Shown: one piece after another, positions 8,442-17,091 of the stretch
How the letters are laid out: each line of letters starts with the position of its first letter
How positions within the stretch are numbered: position 1 is the first letter of the stretch
DNA from: Betaproteobacteria bacterium
Lineage (GTDB): Bacteria > Pseudomonadota > Gammaproteobacteria > Burkholderiales > Rhodocyclaceae
Direction: 5' to 3'
DNA length: 34,320 nt
Assembly: GCA_009780885.1 (NCBI GenBank)
Contig: WQZF01000022.1
Span: 1-34,320, forward strand
Translations under genes and position numbers: made by a program
The notes under the pieces: generated by a model
The model's database searches: none
What the model was told of the DNA's origin: nothing
Seen by the model: only the letters and a program-made list of their open reading frames with translations

Positions 8442-9581
8442 ATGTTGAAAAAATTCATTGTTCGTGTCAACGAAAAAGGCATCCTGACGCGGGACGGCGA
8501 TTTCCGCGCCATTCTGGAACCGGGGCGTTACCGCTTCCTGCCCTTTGGCGGAAAGCCATCGGTCAGCGCCTTCGCGCAGGATTCGGTGATGATTGCCGAA
8601 TCGATCGTCGATTACCTGCTGCAACGTGATCCGGCGGAAGCGGAAAGGCATTTTGTCGCGATGACGCTCGGAGGCAACGAGGCTGGCCTGCGTTTTGAAA
8701 ACGAGGTGCCGGTCGAGGTATTGCCGCCCGGGTCGCGGCGTTTCATCTGGAAAGGGATGAAAACGCACCGGCTGGAACGTTTCGATCTCGAATCGGGCGC
8801 GGAATTGCCCGGTGCGCTGGCCGCCCAAATCAACCCGGCCACCCCGAAAGGCCGCGCGATCACAGGATTGGACGGTGTTTTGTTCGTCCAGGTGCCTGCC
8901 TGGCATGTGGGTGTGTTGAGCATCGACGGGCGAATCGCGGCCTTGCTCGAACCGGGCCTGAAGGCTTTCTGGCGCTTCAACCGCGACATCCGGGTGGAGT
9001 TGGTCGATACGCGCTTGCAGGTCATGGAGGTGAGCGGCCAGGAAATCATGAGCAAGGACCGCGTGGGTCTGCGGATCAACCTCGTGGCGAGCTGGCGCTA
9101 CACCGATGTGCAAAGGGCGTTTGCCGAAGTCGGAAAACCCTTCGATTACCTGTACCGGGAATTGCAGTTCGGCCTGCGTGCCGCCGTCGGTACCCGCAGC
9201 ATCGACGCGATCCTGGAAAACAAGCAGGACATCGACGAGATGGTTGCCGCGCACGCCAGGGCGAAAATGAGCGGTTTCGGCATCGAGGTCGGAAGCCTCG
9301 GCGTGCGCGATATCATGTTGCCGGGCGACATGAAGGAGATCCTCGCCCGCGTGGTGGAAGCGGAAAAGTCGGCGGAAGCCAACGTCATCCGCCGCCGCGA
9401 GGAAACCGCTGCGACCCGTTCGCTCCTGAACACCGCCAAGGTCATGGAAGACAACCCGGTGGCCTTGCGCTTGAAGGAACTGGAAACCCTGGAACGGGTG
9501 GCTGAACGCATCGACCGCATCTCGGTCTTCGGCGGCCTGGATCAGGTGTTGAACGGCCTTGTGAGCCTGAAAGCGGGATAA
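8442..9581 (+). CDS. SPFH/band-7 domain protein (slipin/stomatin-like)
   Basis: 379-aa reading from the ATG at 8442 (RBS gaaggtgag). SPFH core (…VGLRINLVASWRYTD…IDAILENKQDIDEMVAAH…GIEVGSLGVRDIMLP…) and a coiled-coil C-terminus. The upstream part of the 8154 ORF overlaps the tRNA-like RNA and is not coding. Confidence 0.8.
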   Translation: MLKKFIVRVNEKGILTRDGDFRAILEPGRYRFLPFGGKPSVSAFAQDSVMIAESIVDYLLQRDPAEAERHFVAMTLGGNEAGLRFENEVPVEVLPPGSRRFIWKGMKTHRLERFDLESGAELPGALAAQINPATPKGRAITGLDGVLFVQVPAWHVGVLSIDGRIAALLEPGLKAFWRFNRDIRVELVDTRLQVMEVSGQEIMSKDRVGLRINLVASWRYTDVQRAFAEVGKPFDYLYRELQFGLRAAVGTRSIDAILENKQDIDEMVAAHARAKMSGFGIEVGSLGVRDIMLPGDMKEILARVVEAEKSAEANVIRRREETAATRSLLNTAKVMEDNPVALRLKELETLERVAERIDRISVFGGLDQVLNGLVSLKAG

Positions 9582-9648
9582 TTGAAGAAACGGCGGAGAC
9601 GAGATTCGTCTCCGCCGCCTGCGAAGCCATTGAACCGAAGGAGCCATC

Positions 9649-10023
9649 GTGATGACACGTCTTTTTGCCGCTGCAATCCTGGCCGCTGCCGTTTGCGGCA
9701 GCGTTCATGCGGGCGATCTTTCCTCGCAAGCCAGGGCGGAAGTCGATTATCTGTTTTCCTGGCTGAAGAATTCCGGGTGTCAATTCAACCGGAACGGGAA
9801 ATGGTACAGCGCGGAGGAAGCCGTCTCCCATCTCGACAGGAAGCTCCAATACCTGCTTGATAAAAACATGCTTTCATCCACGGAAGATTTCATCGACAAG
9901 GCCGCGACGGGCAGCAGCATGAGCGGCAAGCCCTATCTGGTCAAATGCGGCAACGAAGCGCCCGTGCAAAGCGAGAGCTGGTTCAGGACTGGACTCTCAA
10001 GATACCGCTCGGAAAAGCATTGA
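9649..10023 (+). CDS. Small secreted/periplasmic protein of unknown function
   Basis: 124 aa with an N-terminal signal peptide (MMTRLFAAAILAAAVCGSVHA↓GD). Lies in the operon between the SPFH gene and rtcB. No recognisable domain. Confidence 0.55.
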   Translation: MMTRLFAAAILAAAVCGSVHAGDLSSQARAEVDYLFSWLKNSGCQFNRNGKWYSAEEAVSHLDRKLQYLLDKNMLSSTEDFIDKAATGSSMSGKPYLVKCGNEAPVQSESWFRTGLSRYRSEKH

Positions 10024-10044
10024 ACGAACCCGGAAGCCAGACTC

Positions 10045-11244
10045 ATGATTGAAGTAAAAGGAAAACACAACACCGCCCTGTGCTATTGCGGGGAACTGGA
10101 ACCCGAGGCGTTCAGGCAGATCAAGGCCGTCTGCGACCGTCAGGAATTCGCGGGCAGCAAGATCCGGATCATGCCGGATGTGCACGCCGGGAAGGGTTGC
10201 ACCATCGGCACCACGATGAGCATCACCGACAAGATCGTGCCGGGCATGGTCGGCGTCGATATCGGCTGCGGGATGGAAACCGTGCGCATCGCCGAACGCG
10301 CGCTGGATTTCTCGAAGCTCGACCATCTGATTCGGGCGGACATTCCGTCCGGGCGCGGTATCCGCAAGAAACATCATCCGCTGAACGCAAAAGTCGATCT
10401 GGAGAAATTGCGCTGCGCCAGCCGCGTCAATGTGGGCCGCGCGCGCCTGAGCATCGGCACATTGGGCGGAGGCAATCACTTCATCGAAGTGGATCGCGCC
10501 GATGACGGAAGCCTGTATCTGGTCGTGCATTCCGGCAGCCGTCACCTTGGGCAGGAAGTCGCCACCTGGTACCAGAGCCAAGCCTGCGAGCGTCTGGCCG
10601 GGCCTTCCAGGAAGACGCTGAACCAGACCATCGCCGCGCTGAAAGCCAAGGGACGGGAACAGGAAATCGAGGGGGCGATCCAAAAATTGATGGAATCCGC
10701 CTCGGATATCCCGAGGGACCTGGCCTACGCCTCGGATGCGCTCTTCGACGATTACCTGCACGATATGCGGATCGTCCAGCGCTTTGCGGCCCTGAACCGG
10801 CAAGCGATGACGGAGGTCATCCTGGAGGGAATGGGCTTGTCCGAAACGGGCCGCTTTACCACCATCCACAATTACATCGACACGGAAGCGATGATCCTGC
10901 GCAAAGGCTCCGTTTCCGCCCGCTCGGGAGAACACCTGCTGATCCCGATCAACATGCGCGACGGCAGCCTGATCTGCGTGGGCAAGGGCAACGCGGAATG
11001 GAATTATTCCGCGCCGCACGGGGCGGGCCGCCTGATGAGCCGCACCAGGGCCTTCAATACCTTGTCGATGGACGAATACCGCTCCGGGATGAAGGATGTT
11101 TTTTCCACCTCGGTCCACCGCGCCACGCTGGATGAATCGCCGATGGCCTACAAGAGCATGGACGAGATTCTTTCGCACATCGCCCCCACGGCGGAAGTCG
11201 TCGAAAGAATCCGGACGGCCTATAACTTCAAGGCGAGCGAGTGA
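10045..11244 (+). CDS. rtcB: RNA-splicing ligase RtcB (3'-phosphate/5'-hydroxyl RNA ligase), short-form family
   Basis: Conserved RtcB metal and GTP-binding motifs: MPDVHAGKG, GGGNHFIE, HSGSRHLG, HNYI, NMRDGS, PHGAGR. 399 aa. No rtcA follows. Confidence 0.9.
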   Translation: MIEVKGKHNTALCYCGELEPEAFRQIKAVCDRQEFAGSKIRIMPDVHAGKGCTIGTTMSITDKIVPGMVGVDIGCGMETVRIAERALDFSKLDHLIRADIPSGRGIRKKHHPLNAKVDLEKLRCASRVNVGRARLSIGTLGGGNHFIEVDRADDGSLYLVVHSGSRHLGQEVATWYQSQACERLAGPSRKTLNQTIAALKAKGREQEIEGAIQKLMESASDIPRDLAYASDALFDDYLHDMRIVQRFAALNRQAMTEVILEGMGLSETGRFTTIHNYIDTEAMILRKGSVSARSGEHLLIPINMRDGSLICVGKGNAEWNYSAPHGAGRLMSRTRAFNTLSMDEYRSGMKDVFSTSVHRATLDESPMAYKSMDEILSHIAPTAEVVERIRTAYNFKASE

Positions 11245-11294
11245 GTTGCCCCGGACTTTATATTCTTGACATGCAGATTGGGATCAAGGTTTTC

Positions 11295-11376
11295 GTAGGG
11301 GACGCCGCCCTCGGCGTTCCGTGCTGCCGATATCAATCCTGCTTCCTGACGGGACGCCGAGGGCGGCGTCCCCTAC
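11295..11376. repeat. Perfect 23-bp inverted repeat (gtaggggacgccgccctcggcgt / acgccgagggcggcgtcccctac) with a ~36-nt loop
   Basis: Read directly, about 50 nt after the rtcB stop. Probably a large terminator or processing hairpin for the rtc operon. No U-run follows. Confidence 0.6.
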
Positions 11377-11405
11377 ATGCCCAGACACGCGCTGCGCGGA
11401 CGTGA

Positions 11406-11483
11406 ATTTTCTAAATTACTGTAATAATTTTTTAATAATAATCACTACAGTAGCGAAATATTCTTTAAGTAAATTTAGAAAAC
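11406..11483. repeat. Family C AT-rich palindromic element, copy 2
   Basis: ttctaaattactgtaataat…ctacagtag…ttaagtaaatttagaaaa, between convergent rtcB and the OMP gene. Confidence 0.7.
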
Positions 11484-11701
11484 GAAGGGGAAGGCTTATC
11501 AAGCCCCTTTCCCAAAGGCAGTGTTGATTTTGTATTGCCTCTCATAAAATTCAAATCGCGGACACCCCGAAAACCCTTTAAACCCGCGTCAATAACGGAT
11601 CTTCAGGAAGGTGGCATCAAATAAACCGGACACGACTGAAGTCATTCATGAAATTCCAGTCTGGGTTGCGCTTGCGAAATCCGACATTTACATCCACGGA
11701 C

Positions 11702-12439
11702 CTACGGCAAAAAGGCAGGCGACACCAATCGCAGGCCGATGACAAACCACTGTTCTTCCGTGCTGCTGCCGAAGCGCTTGCCGTAGGCGGCATCGACCTC
11801 GACGTGGCCGGGCACCAGCGCATAGCGGAAGCCGCCGTGATAGAACGGCCTGCCCCGGTTCTGTCCAAAGGTCTCTCCAATCAGCCAGAAGCGTTCGCCG
11901 AGTTTCAGCTCGGAGGCGAGGCCCCAGCTCATTCGATGCTGCCCAAGTTCCTTTTCCCGCAACCATCCCAGATTGGCATGGACGATAAGATCGTCATTCC
12001 TGAACGAGAAACTCACCGGCACGGTGGCGTAAAGATTGCTGATCGCGCCATGATGGATCTGCGGATTAAGGGAGTTTCCAACCGTCAGCCCCGCCCCCCA
12101 GCCGTTCGTCTCCAGGCTTTTGAACAGGGTCTTGCCCTGGACGACGACATCCGTGGTTCGCATTCTCCCGTCGTGATTGCTGCGGGCGCCGCCAAGCGTC
12201 AGTTCGAGATTCCCGATGAAGTTGCAGCCCGCCAGGGCCCGGTATTCCGTGCCGTCGTTCTCGCGCTGGATCCCGCTCTCGATCTGGCAAGCTTTTTCAT
12301 CGACGATGCGCGCGTCGTCGGTGAAAAACGGACGGGCAGCGTATGCGGCCGAACTGGCAAGCAATCCGGAAAGGCTGGCACACAGCGGCAGCAATGCGGC
12401 CTTGAAGCGTTCGGAGGGGCGACGGCGGATGAAGCGCAT
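11702..12439 (-). CDS. Putative outer-membrane beta-barrel protein (MetA-pathway/transporter-like family)
   Basis: Start taken at the internal Met giving a signal peptide (MRFIRRRPSERFKAALLPLCASLSGLLASSAAYA↓). Alternating amphipathic beta-strand pattern, C-terminal aromatic residue. About 245 aa. Confidence 0.55.
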   Translation of the reverse strand: MRFIRRRPSERFKAALLPLCASLSGLLASSAAYAARPFFTDDARIVDEKACQIESGIQRENDGTEYRALAGCNFIGNLELTLGGARSNHDGRMRTTDVVVQGKTLFKSLETNGWGAGLTVGNSLNPQIHHGAISNLYATVPVSFSFRNDDLIVHANLGWLREKELGQHRMSWGLASELKLGERFWLIGETFGQNRGRPFYHGGFRYALVPGHVEVDAAYGKRFGSSTEEQWFVIGLRLVSPAFLP

Positions 12440-12486
12440 GGAAGATTTCCCTTCTGGTAATCCTGTATATCCGGGTATTGGAGACA

Positions 12487-12512
12487 CGCAAATGATAATA
12501 ATTCTCATTTGC
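12487..12512. promoter_or_regulatory. Fur-box-like AT-rich palindrome (gcaaatgaGAATTATTATCatttgc on the gene strand) upstream of the OMP gene
   Basis: 14/19 match to the GATAATGATAATCATTATC consensus by eye. Located 45-75 nt upstream of the putative start. Confidence 0.3.
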
Positions 12513-12700
12513 AAAAAAGGCAAGGCCATTTTTTATCTCACACAGACAGCCGGTTGCGCGTAGCGCCGGTGAGAGAAAAAATGGCGCATCCAAAACCGCA
12601 GTCCTGGTTTCACGAGATCGCACCGCCCCTTCGGAAAACGGGGTTTATCAAGAATAGAGCATGGATTGGCGGCGCAACATATAAAATCCGAAATAGCTCC

Positions 12701-12826
12701 TTTTGAGTCACCCCAACCTGAAGGTTGGGGATTCCTCGACACAGTGTGTGGCGCCTTTGGCGCCTGTCACGCTATGTCTCGCTGACCCCGCCATGAATGG
12801 CGGGGATTGCGCTCGACAGGTGTTCA
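12701..12826 (+). repeat. Family B multi-hairpin repeat, copy 2
   Basis: About 90% identical to 6006-6133. In the divergent region between the OMP gene and the SDR gene. Confidence 0.8.
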
Positions 12827-12908
12827 ACCGCTGCGCCTCTGCCTGCATATCCCCCCACCGATAGCGGCGCTTTCTTTTCGCAGGATTTTTCAACCCGCCG
12901 GATTCATC

Positions 12909-13685
12909 ATGAACCAGAGCACCGTACCCGAAACCCTCAGGAACGAAACGCCCAATATCCTCATCGTCGGCGCGGCTTCCGCGATTGCCGAGGCGACGGC
13001 TCGTCTGTGGGCGGCGCGGGGGGCGGGCCTGTTTCTGGTCGGGCGCGACGGGGAAAGGCTCGGTGAGATTGCCGCCGATTTGCGCATCCGTGGCGCGCGC
13101 CGGGTGGAGACTTTTGTGATGGACGCGACGGCTTTCGATCAGCACGAAAGGATGCAGGAGGCCGCGCTTTCCGCGCTCGGGAGTCTGGAGATTGCGTTGA
13201 TCGCGCACGGTTCGCTTTCCGACCAGAAAGCCTGTGAAAGCTCGGTGGAGGAAACCCTGCGCGAAATCCAGGTGAACGCGCTTTCGGTGATCGCGCTGGC
13301 AACCCGGCTTGCGGGGGGTTTCGAGGCGCGGGGCGGCGGGTGTCTGGCGGTGATCGGCTCGGTGGCCGGGGATCGCGGGCGCGGGAGCAATTATGTTTAT
13401 GGTTCCGCCAAGGCCTTTGTCGCGCATTTCCTTTCCGGCCTGCGCAACCGCCTCGACCGCAAGGGAGTGCATGTGCTGACGATCAAGCCCGGCTTCGTCG
13501 ATACGCCGATGACTGCGGCGCTGAAGAAGGGAATGCTCTGGGCAAAGCCCGAAGCGATCGCGCGCGGCATCGTCCGCGCGATCGAGCGGCGGCAGGACGA
13601 GGTTTATCTGCCCTCGTTCTGGCGGCTGATCATGTTCGTCGTCCGGCATATCCCGGAACGGATTTTCAAGCGGATGTCGTTGTAG
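12909..13685 (+). CDS. SDR-family short-chain dehydrogenase/reductase
   Basis: Start at MNQSTVP (internal Met of the 12807 ORF). Gly-rich NAD(P) motif ILIVGAASAIAEA and the catalytic YGSAK motif. Confidence 0.85.
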   Translation: MNQSTVPETLRNETPNILIVGAASAIAEATARLWAARGAGLFLVGRDGERLGEIAADLRIRGARRVETFVMDATAFDQHERMQEAALSALGSLEIALIAHGSLSDQKACESSVEETLREIQVNALSVIALATRLAGGFEARGGGCLAVIGSVAGDRGRGSNYVYGSAKAFVAHFLSGLRNRLDRKGVHVLTIKPGFVDTPMTAALKKGMLWAKPEAIARGIVRAIERRQDEVYLPSFWRLIMFVVRHIPERIFKRMSL

Positions 13686-13720
13686 TCGACACAGGTTCGC
13701 CACAAGCAGAATTTGCGCTA

Positions 13721-14038
13721 TCAGGCGGCCTTGTGCGGAACCAAATGCACCTGAAGCTCACACCCTACAGCCTGGGCATATCTTTTGAGCGTGGTGATCG
13801 AAGGCGCATTTTTTCCAGCCGACTCAAGGCGTGAAATGGCGCTCTTGGTTGTGCCCATCCGCTCGGCTACGGCGCTTTGAGTCAAACCTGCCCGGGCGCG
13901 AGCCTTGAGCATTTGGTCTGCAATCTGGTACTCAAGGGCAAGGGCATCATATGCCTCGGCAAATCCCTTGCGCTTTTCTGCCCTGGCAAGAAATTCCTTG
14001 TGATTGTGCTGGATGGGTTTGAATTCGAGATCAGGCAT
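13721..14038 (-). CDS. XRE-family helix-turn-helix protein (HigA-like antitoxin), solitary
   Basis: 105 aa, HTH (…AGLTQSAVAERMGTTKSAISRLES…). No partner toxin ORF in the 177 bp upstream, which holds REP copy A3. Confidence 0.7.
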   Translation of the reverse strand: MPDLEFKPIQHNHKEFLARAEKRKGFAEAYDALALEYQIADQMLKARARAGLTQSAVAERMGTTKSAISRLESAGKNAPSITTLKRYAQAVGCELQVHLVPHKAA

Positions 14039-14082
14039 TGGACACCTCCTTCATACGTCTCGCGCGAGTTTCAGCACAAAAT

Positions 14083-14170
14083 GTAGGATGGGTAGAGCGT
14101 AAGCGAAACCCATTGCAATTTACAGGCTACCAGGAAAACGATGGGTTTCGCTACGCTCTACCCATCCTAC
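14083..14170. repeat. Family A REP-like palindromic element, copy 3
   Basis: gtaggatgggtagagcgtaagcgaaaccca…tgggtttcgctacgctctacccatcctac, between rnr and the HTH gene. Confidence 0.75.
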
Positions 14171-14214
14171 CCGCTTTGATTCCATCCGGGAATCCAAAAA
14201 AACCGGCGCCCCTG

Positions 14215-16428
14215 TCACTTCCGTTTTTTCTTCGCCGCTTTCACTGCTTCCGGCGGCGGGGCGGCGAGGACGAAATCTATTTGTCCCGTTTCCAGGTCGG
14301 CGCGGACCAGCTTCACATGCAGGCGGTCGCCCAGGCGGTAGCGTTTGCCGGTGCGTTCGCCGAGCATCTGGTGCTTGATGTTGTCGTAGCCGAAATAATC
14401 CTCGCCCAGTTCGGAAACATGCACCAGTCCTTCGACGTAGACCTCGTCGAGCGCGACGAAGATGCCGAAGGGGACGACGGCGGCAATGGTGCCGGAGAAT
14501 TCCTCGCCGATGCGCTCGCGCATGTAGTAGCACTTGAGCCAGTTATCGACATCGCGGGTGGCTTCGTCGGCGCGGCGTTCGGTGATCGAGCAGGCGCGTC
14601 CGATTTCTTCCCAGTTGCCGGGCCGGTAATGCGCTTCGCCCGACAGCACCGCCTTGATGGCGCGGTGGACGAGGAGATCGGGATAGCGGCGGATCGGCGA
14701 GGTGAAATGGGTGTAATGCTCGTAGGCCAGCCCGAAATGGCCAACGTTGCCGGGGGCGTACATCGCCTGCCGCATCGAGCGCAACATCACGATTTGCAGC
14801 AGCGCGGCGTCCGGACGCTCGCGCACTTTCTCCAATAACGTGGAGTAATCCCTGGCGTGCGGAGTGTCGCCGCCGCCCAGGCCCAGCCCGAATTCCTTGA
14901 GGAAGGCGCGCAGGGCTTCGAGCTTTTCCGGACTCGGGCCTTCATGCACGCGGTACAGGCAGGGATGTTTGCTCCGTTCGAGAAAGTCGGCGGCGCATAC
15001 GTTGGCCGCGAGCATGCATTCTTCGATCAGGCGATGGGCGTCGTTGCGTTCCACCGGAACGATGTTGTCGATCTTGCCCTGATCGTTGAAGATCATCATC
15101 GTCTCGGTGCTTTCAAAGTCGATCGCGCCGCGCTTCTGACGCGCCTTCGCCAGCGCCTGCCAGAGCGCGTAAAGCGTTTGCAGGTGCGGCTTCAGGAGTT
15201 CTTCGGCGTGGGTTTCCGGAGATTGTGCGCCGGAAAGCCAGTTCCACACCTGGGTATAGGTGAGCCGCGCGCGCGAGCGAAAAAGGGCGGGATAGAAACG
15301 ATAGTCCTTGATCGCGCCGGAAGAGGCGATATCGATGTCGCACACCATCGCCAGGCGATCCACGTCCGGGTTCAGCGAGCAGAGTCCGTTCGAGAGTTTT
15401 TCCGGCAGCATCGGAATGACGCGGCGCGGAAAATAGACCGAGTTCCCGCGTTGCAGCGCCTCGGCATCGAGCGCCATGCCGGGGCGGACGTAATGGCTGA
15501 CATCGGCGATGGCGACAACGAGCCGCCAGCCGCGTCCCTTCTTTTCGGCATAGACCGCGTCGTCGAAATCCTTCGCCGTTTCGCCGTCGATCGTTACCAG
15601 CGGCAGCGCGCGAAGATCGGCGCGTCCTTCGGCCTCGGCCTTCCTGACCCGGCTCGGCAATTCCTTGGTTTCTGCCAGCGCCGCCTTTGAAAAAACGAAG
15701 GGCAGATCGTGCTTGCGCAACGCGATTTCGATTTCCATGCCGGGGTCGGCGTAATTGCCGAGGCGTTCGACGATCCGCCCAATCGGCTGCGCGTGGCGCG
15801 AAGGCTGTTCGATGATTTCGACGATGACCACTTCCCCGGCCTTCGCCTTGTTTTTCTTCTCCGGCGCGAGCAGGATTTCCTGCGCGATTCTCTTGTTTTC
15901 CGGCACCACGAAGGCGATTCCGCGTTCGATCAGCACGCGGCCCACCACATTCCGGTTCGCGCGTTCCAGGATTTCGACGATGACGCCTTCGCGGCGTCCC
16001 TTGCGGTCGAAGCCGGAGATGCGCACCAGCGCGCGGTCGCCGTGCAGCGCCCCGCTCATCTGCCGCGCGTCGAGGAAAATATCCGTTTCGGCATCGTCGT
16101 CGGGCAGCAGAAAACCGTAACCGTCCTTGTGCCCCTCGATGCGCCCGGGAATCAGATGCGCGCGCTCGGGCACGATATAAGCGCCCTTGCGGTTCTGCAT
16201 CAGTTGCCCTTCGCGCTCCATCGCTCCAAGGCGGCGGCGGAAATGCTCGCTTTCCTGCTTGCGCACATCGAGCAGCGCGCACAAATGCTCGAAGCGGGTC
16301 GGCTTGCCTTCCCGTTCCAGAATTTGCAGCACATACTCGCGCGAAGGCAGCGGAACTTCGTATTTGCCCGCTTCGCGCTCAAAAAAAGGATCGCTGCGAC
16401 GTGCTTTCGAGAGCTTTTTTATTGACAT
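14215..16428 (-). CDS. rnr: Ribonuclease R (RNase II/RNB family 3'-5' exoribonuclease with a lysine-rich C-terminal tail)
   Basis: 737 aa with cold-shock, RNB and S1 domain signatures and a basic tail (…AVKAAKKKRK). Confidence 0.9.
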   Translation of the reverse strand: MSIKKLSKARRSDPFFEREAGKYEVPLPSREYVLQILEREGKPTRFEHLCALLDVRKQESEHFRRRLGAMEREGQLMQNRKGAYIVPERAHLIPGRIEGHKDGYGFLLPDDDAETDIFLDARQMSGALHGDRALVRISGFDRKGRREGVIVEILERANRNVVGRVLIERGIAFVVPENKRIAQEILLAPEKKNKAKAGEVVIVEIIEQPSRHAQPIGRIVERLGNYADPGMEIEIALRKHDLPFVFSKAALAETKELPSRVRKAEAEGRADLRALPLVTIDGETAKDFDDAVYAEKKGRGWRLVVAIADVSHYVRPGMALDAEALQRGNSVYFPRRVIPMLPEKLSNGLCSLNPDVDRLAMVCDIDIASSGAIKDYRFYPALFRSRARLTYTQVWNWLSGAQSPETHAEELLKPHLQTLYALWQALAKARQKRGAIDFESTETMMIFNDQGKIDNIVPVERNDAHRLIEECMLAANVCAADFLERSKHPCLYRVHEGPSPEKLEALRAFLKEFGLGLGGGDTPHARDYSTLLEKVRERPDAALLQIVMLRSMRQAMYAPGNVGHFGLAYEHYTHFTSPIRRYPDLLVHRAIKAVLSGEAHYRPGNWEEIGRACSITERRADEATRDVDNWLKCYYMRERIGEEFSGTIAAVVPFGIFVALDEVYVEGLVHVSELGEDYFGYDNIKHQMLGERTGKRYRLGDRLHVKLVRADLETGQIDFVLAAPPPEAVKAAKKKRK

Positions 16429-16470
16429 TTAGCCTGTTTCCTTTAGAATTCCGCCTTCTTTCGGCCCCTT

Positions 16471-16557
16471 GCCCAGGTGGCGGAATTGGTAGACGCACCA
16501 GGTTCAGGTCCTGGCGGTGGCAACACTGTGGAGGTTCGAGTCCTCTCCTGGGCACCA
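16471..16557 (+). tRNA. tRNA-Leu (anticodon CAG), class II with long variable arm
   Basis: gcccagg…cctgggcacca. D-arm agacgc, anticodon loop ttCAGgt, long extra arm, T-arm ggttcgagtcc, encoded CCA. 87 nt. Confidence 0.9.
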
Positions 16558-16573
16558 ATAACCGATTTCAGAC

Positions 16574-16606
16574 AAGCCCGATTCTATAAAGAATTCGGGC
16601 TTTTTT
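16574..16606 (+). terminator. Rho-independent terminator after tRNA-Leu
   Basis: aagcccgattc…gaattcgggc hairpin followed by TTTTTT. Confidence 0.6.
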
Positions 16607-16650
16607 GCGTCCGTGCTTGTCCGGTGCGATGACGCGGCGGGCAGCGCTGT

Positions 16651-17091
16651 TCATGGACGAGATTCCCGAAAGTCGAGCGCCAATTCCCCGGCGGTGCGAA
16701 TCAAATCCGGAAACGCAACGCGCAGCGCAAGAATATCAGCGTCTCCCGTCACCAGCGCATCAGCGCGGCTCACGTGGGCGAGCACCAGAAAAACCTGATC
16801 CTTTTCATCGCGGCAAGCCGGCAAGTCCGGCCAGGGATTTGGCAAGTCGATCACCTCGGCATAAGGCAGGAAATCGGCCAGCAATTCCTTTTGCTCGGCA
16901 GCGGAAAGCCTGAACCTGGGATAAGCCAGCACCCGCAGCAACTCATTGACCGATGCCTGGCATACCAGAGGCTGAAGCCGCCCTTGCTGCCAGGCGTGGC
17001 GAATCCATGCCAGGCGCCCACGGGCAAACAGCAAGGCGGACAGGGCAATGTTGGTATCGAGAACGACGCGATGTACTACTTGCGCGCCCAT
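16651..17091 (-). CDS. vapC: PIN-domain toxin (VapC-like)
   Basis: VVLDTNIALSAL… acidic PIN residues. Overlaps the upstream small antitoxin gene by 16 nt. Confidence 0.8.
   Translation of the reverse strand: MGAQVVHRVVLDTNIALSALLFARGRLAWIRHAWQQGRLQPLVCQASVNELLRVLAYPRFRLSAAEQKELLADFLPYAEVIDLPNPWPDLPACRDEKDQVFLVLAHVSRADALVTGDADILALRVAFPDLIRTAGELALDFRESRP

Noticed and set aside
8424-9647. 407-aa ORF antisense to the SPFH gene
   Set aside because: Arg/His/Gln-rich composition typical of antisense frames in GC-rich DNA. The sense-strand SPFH homology is strong.
12708-13703. 331-aa minus-strand ORF overlapping the SDR gene
   Set aside because: Antisense to a clear SDR. Its C-terminus is simply the translation of the family B repeat (the same peptide appears at the RtcR C-terminus), which explains its length.
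15113-16282. 389-aa Arg-rich ORF and other frames inside rnr
   Set aside because: Alternative frames of the RNase R gene. Arg/Gly/Ala composition is typical of out-of-frame GC-rich sequence.
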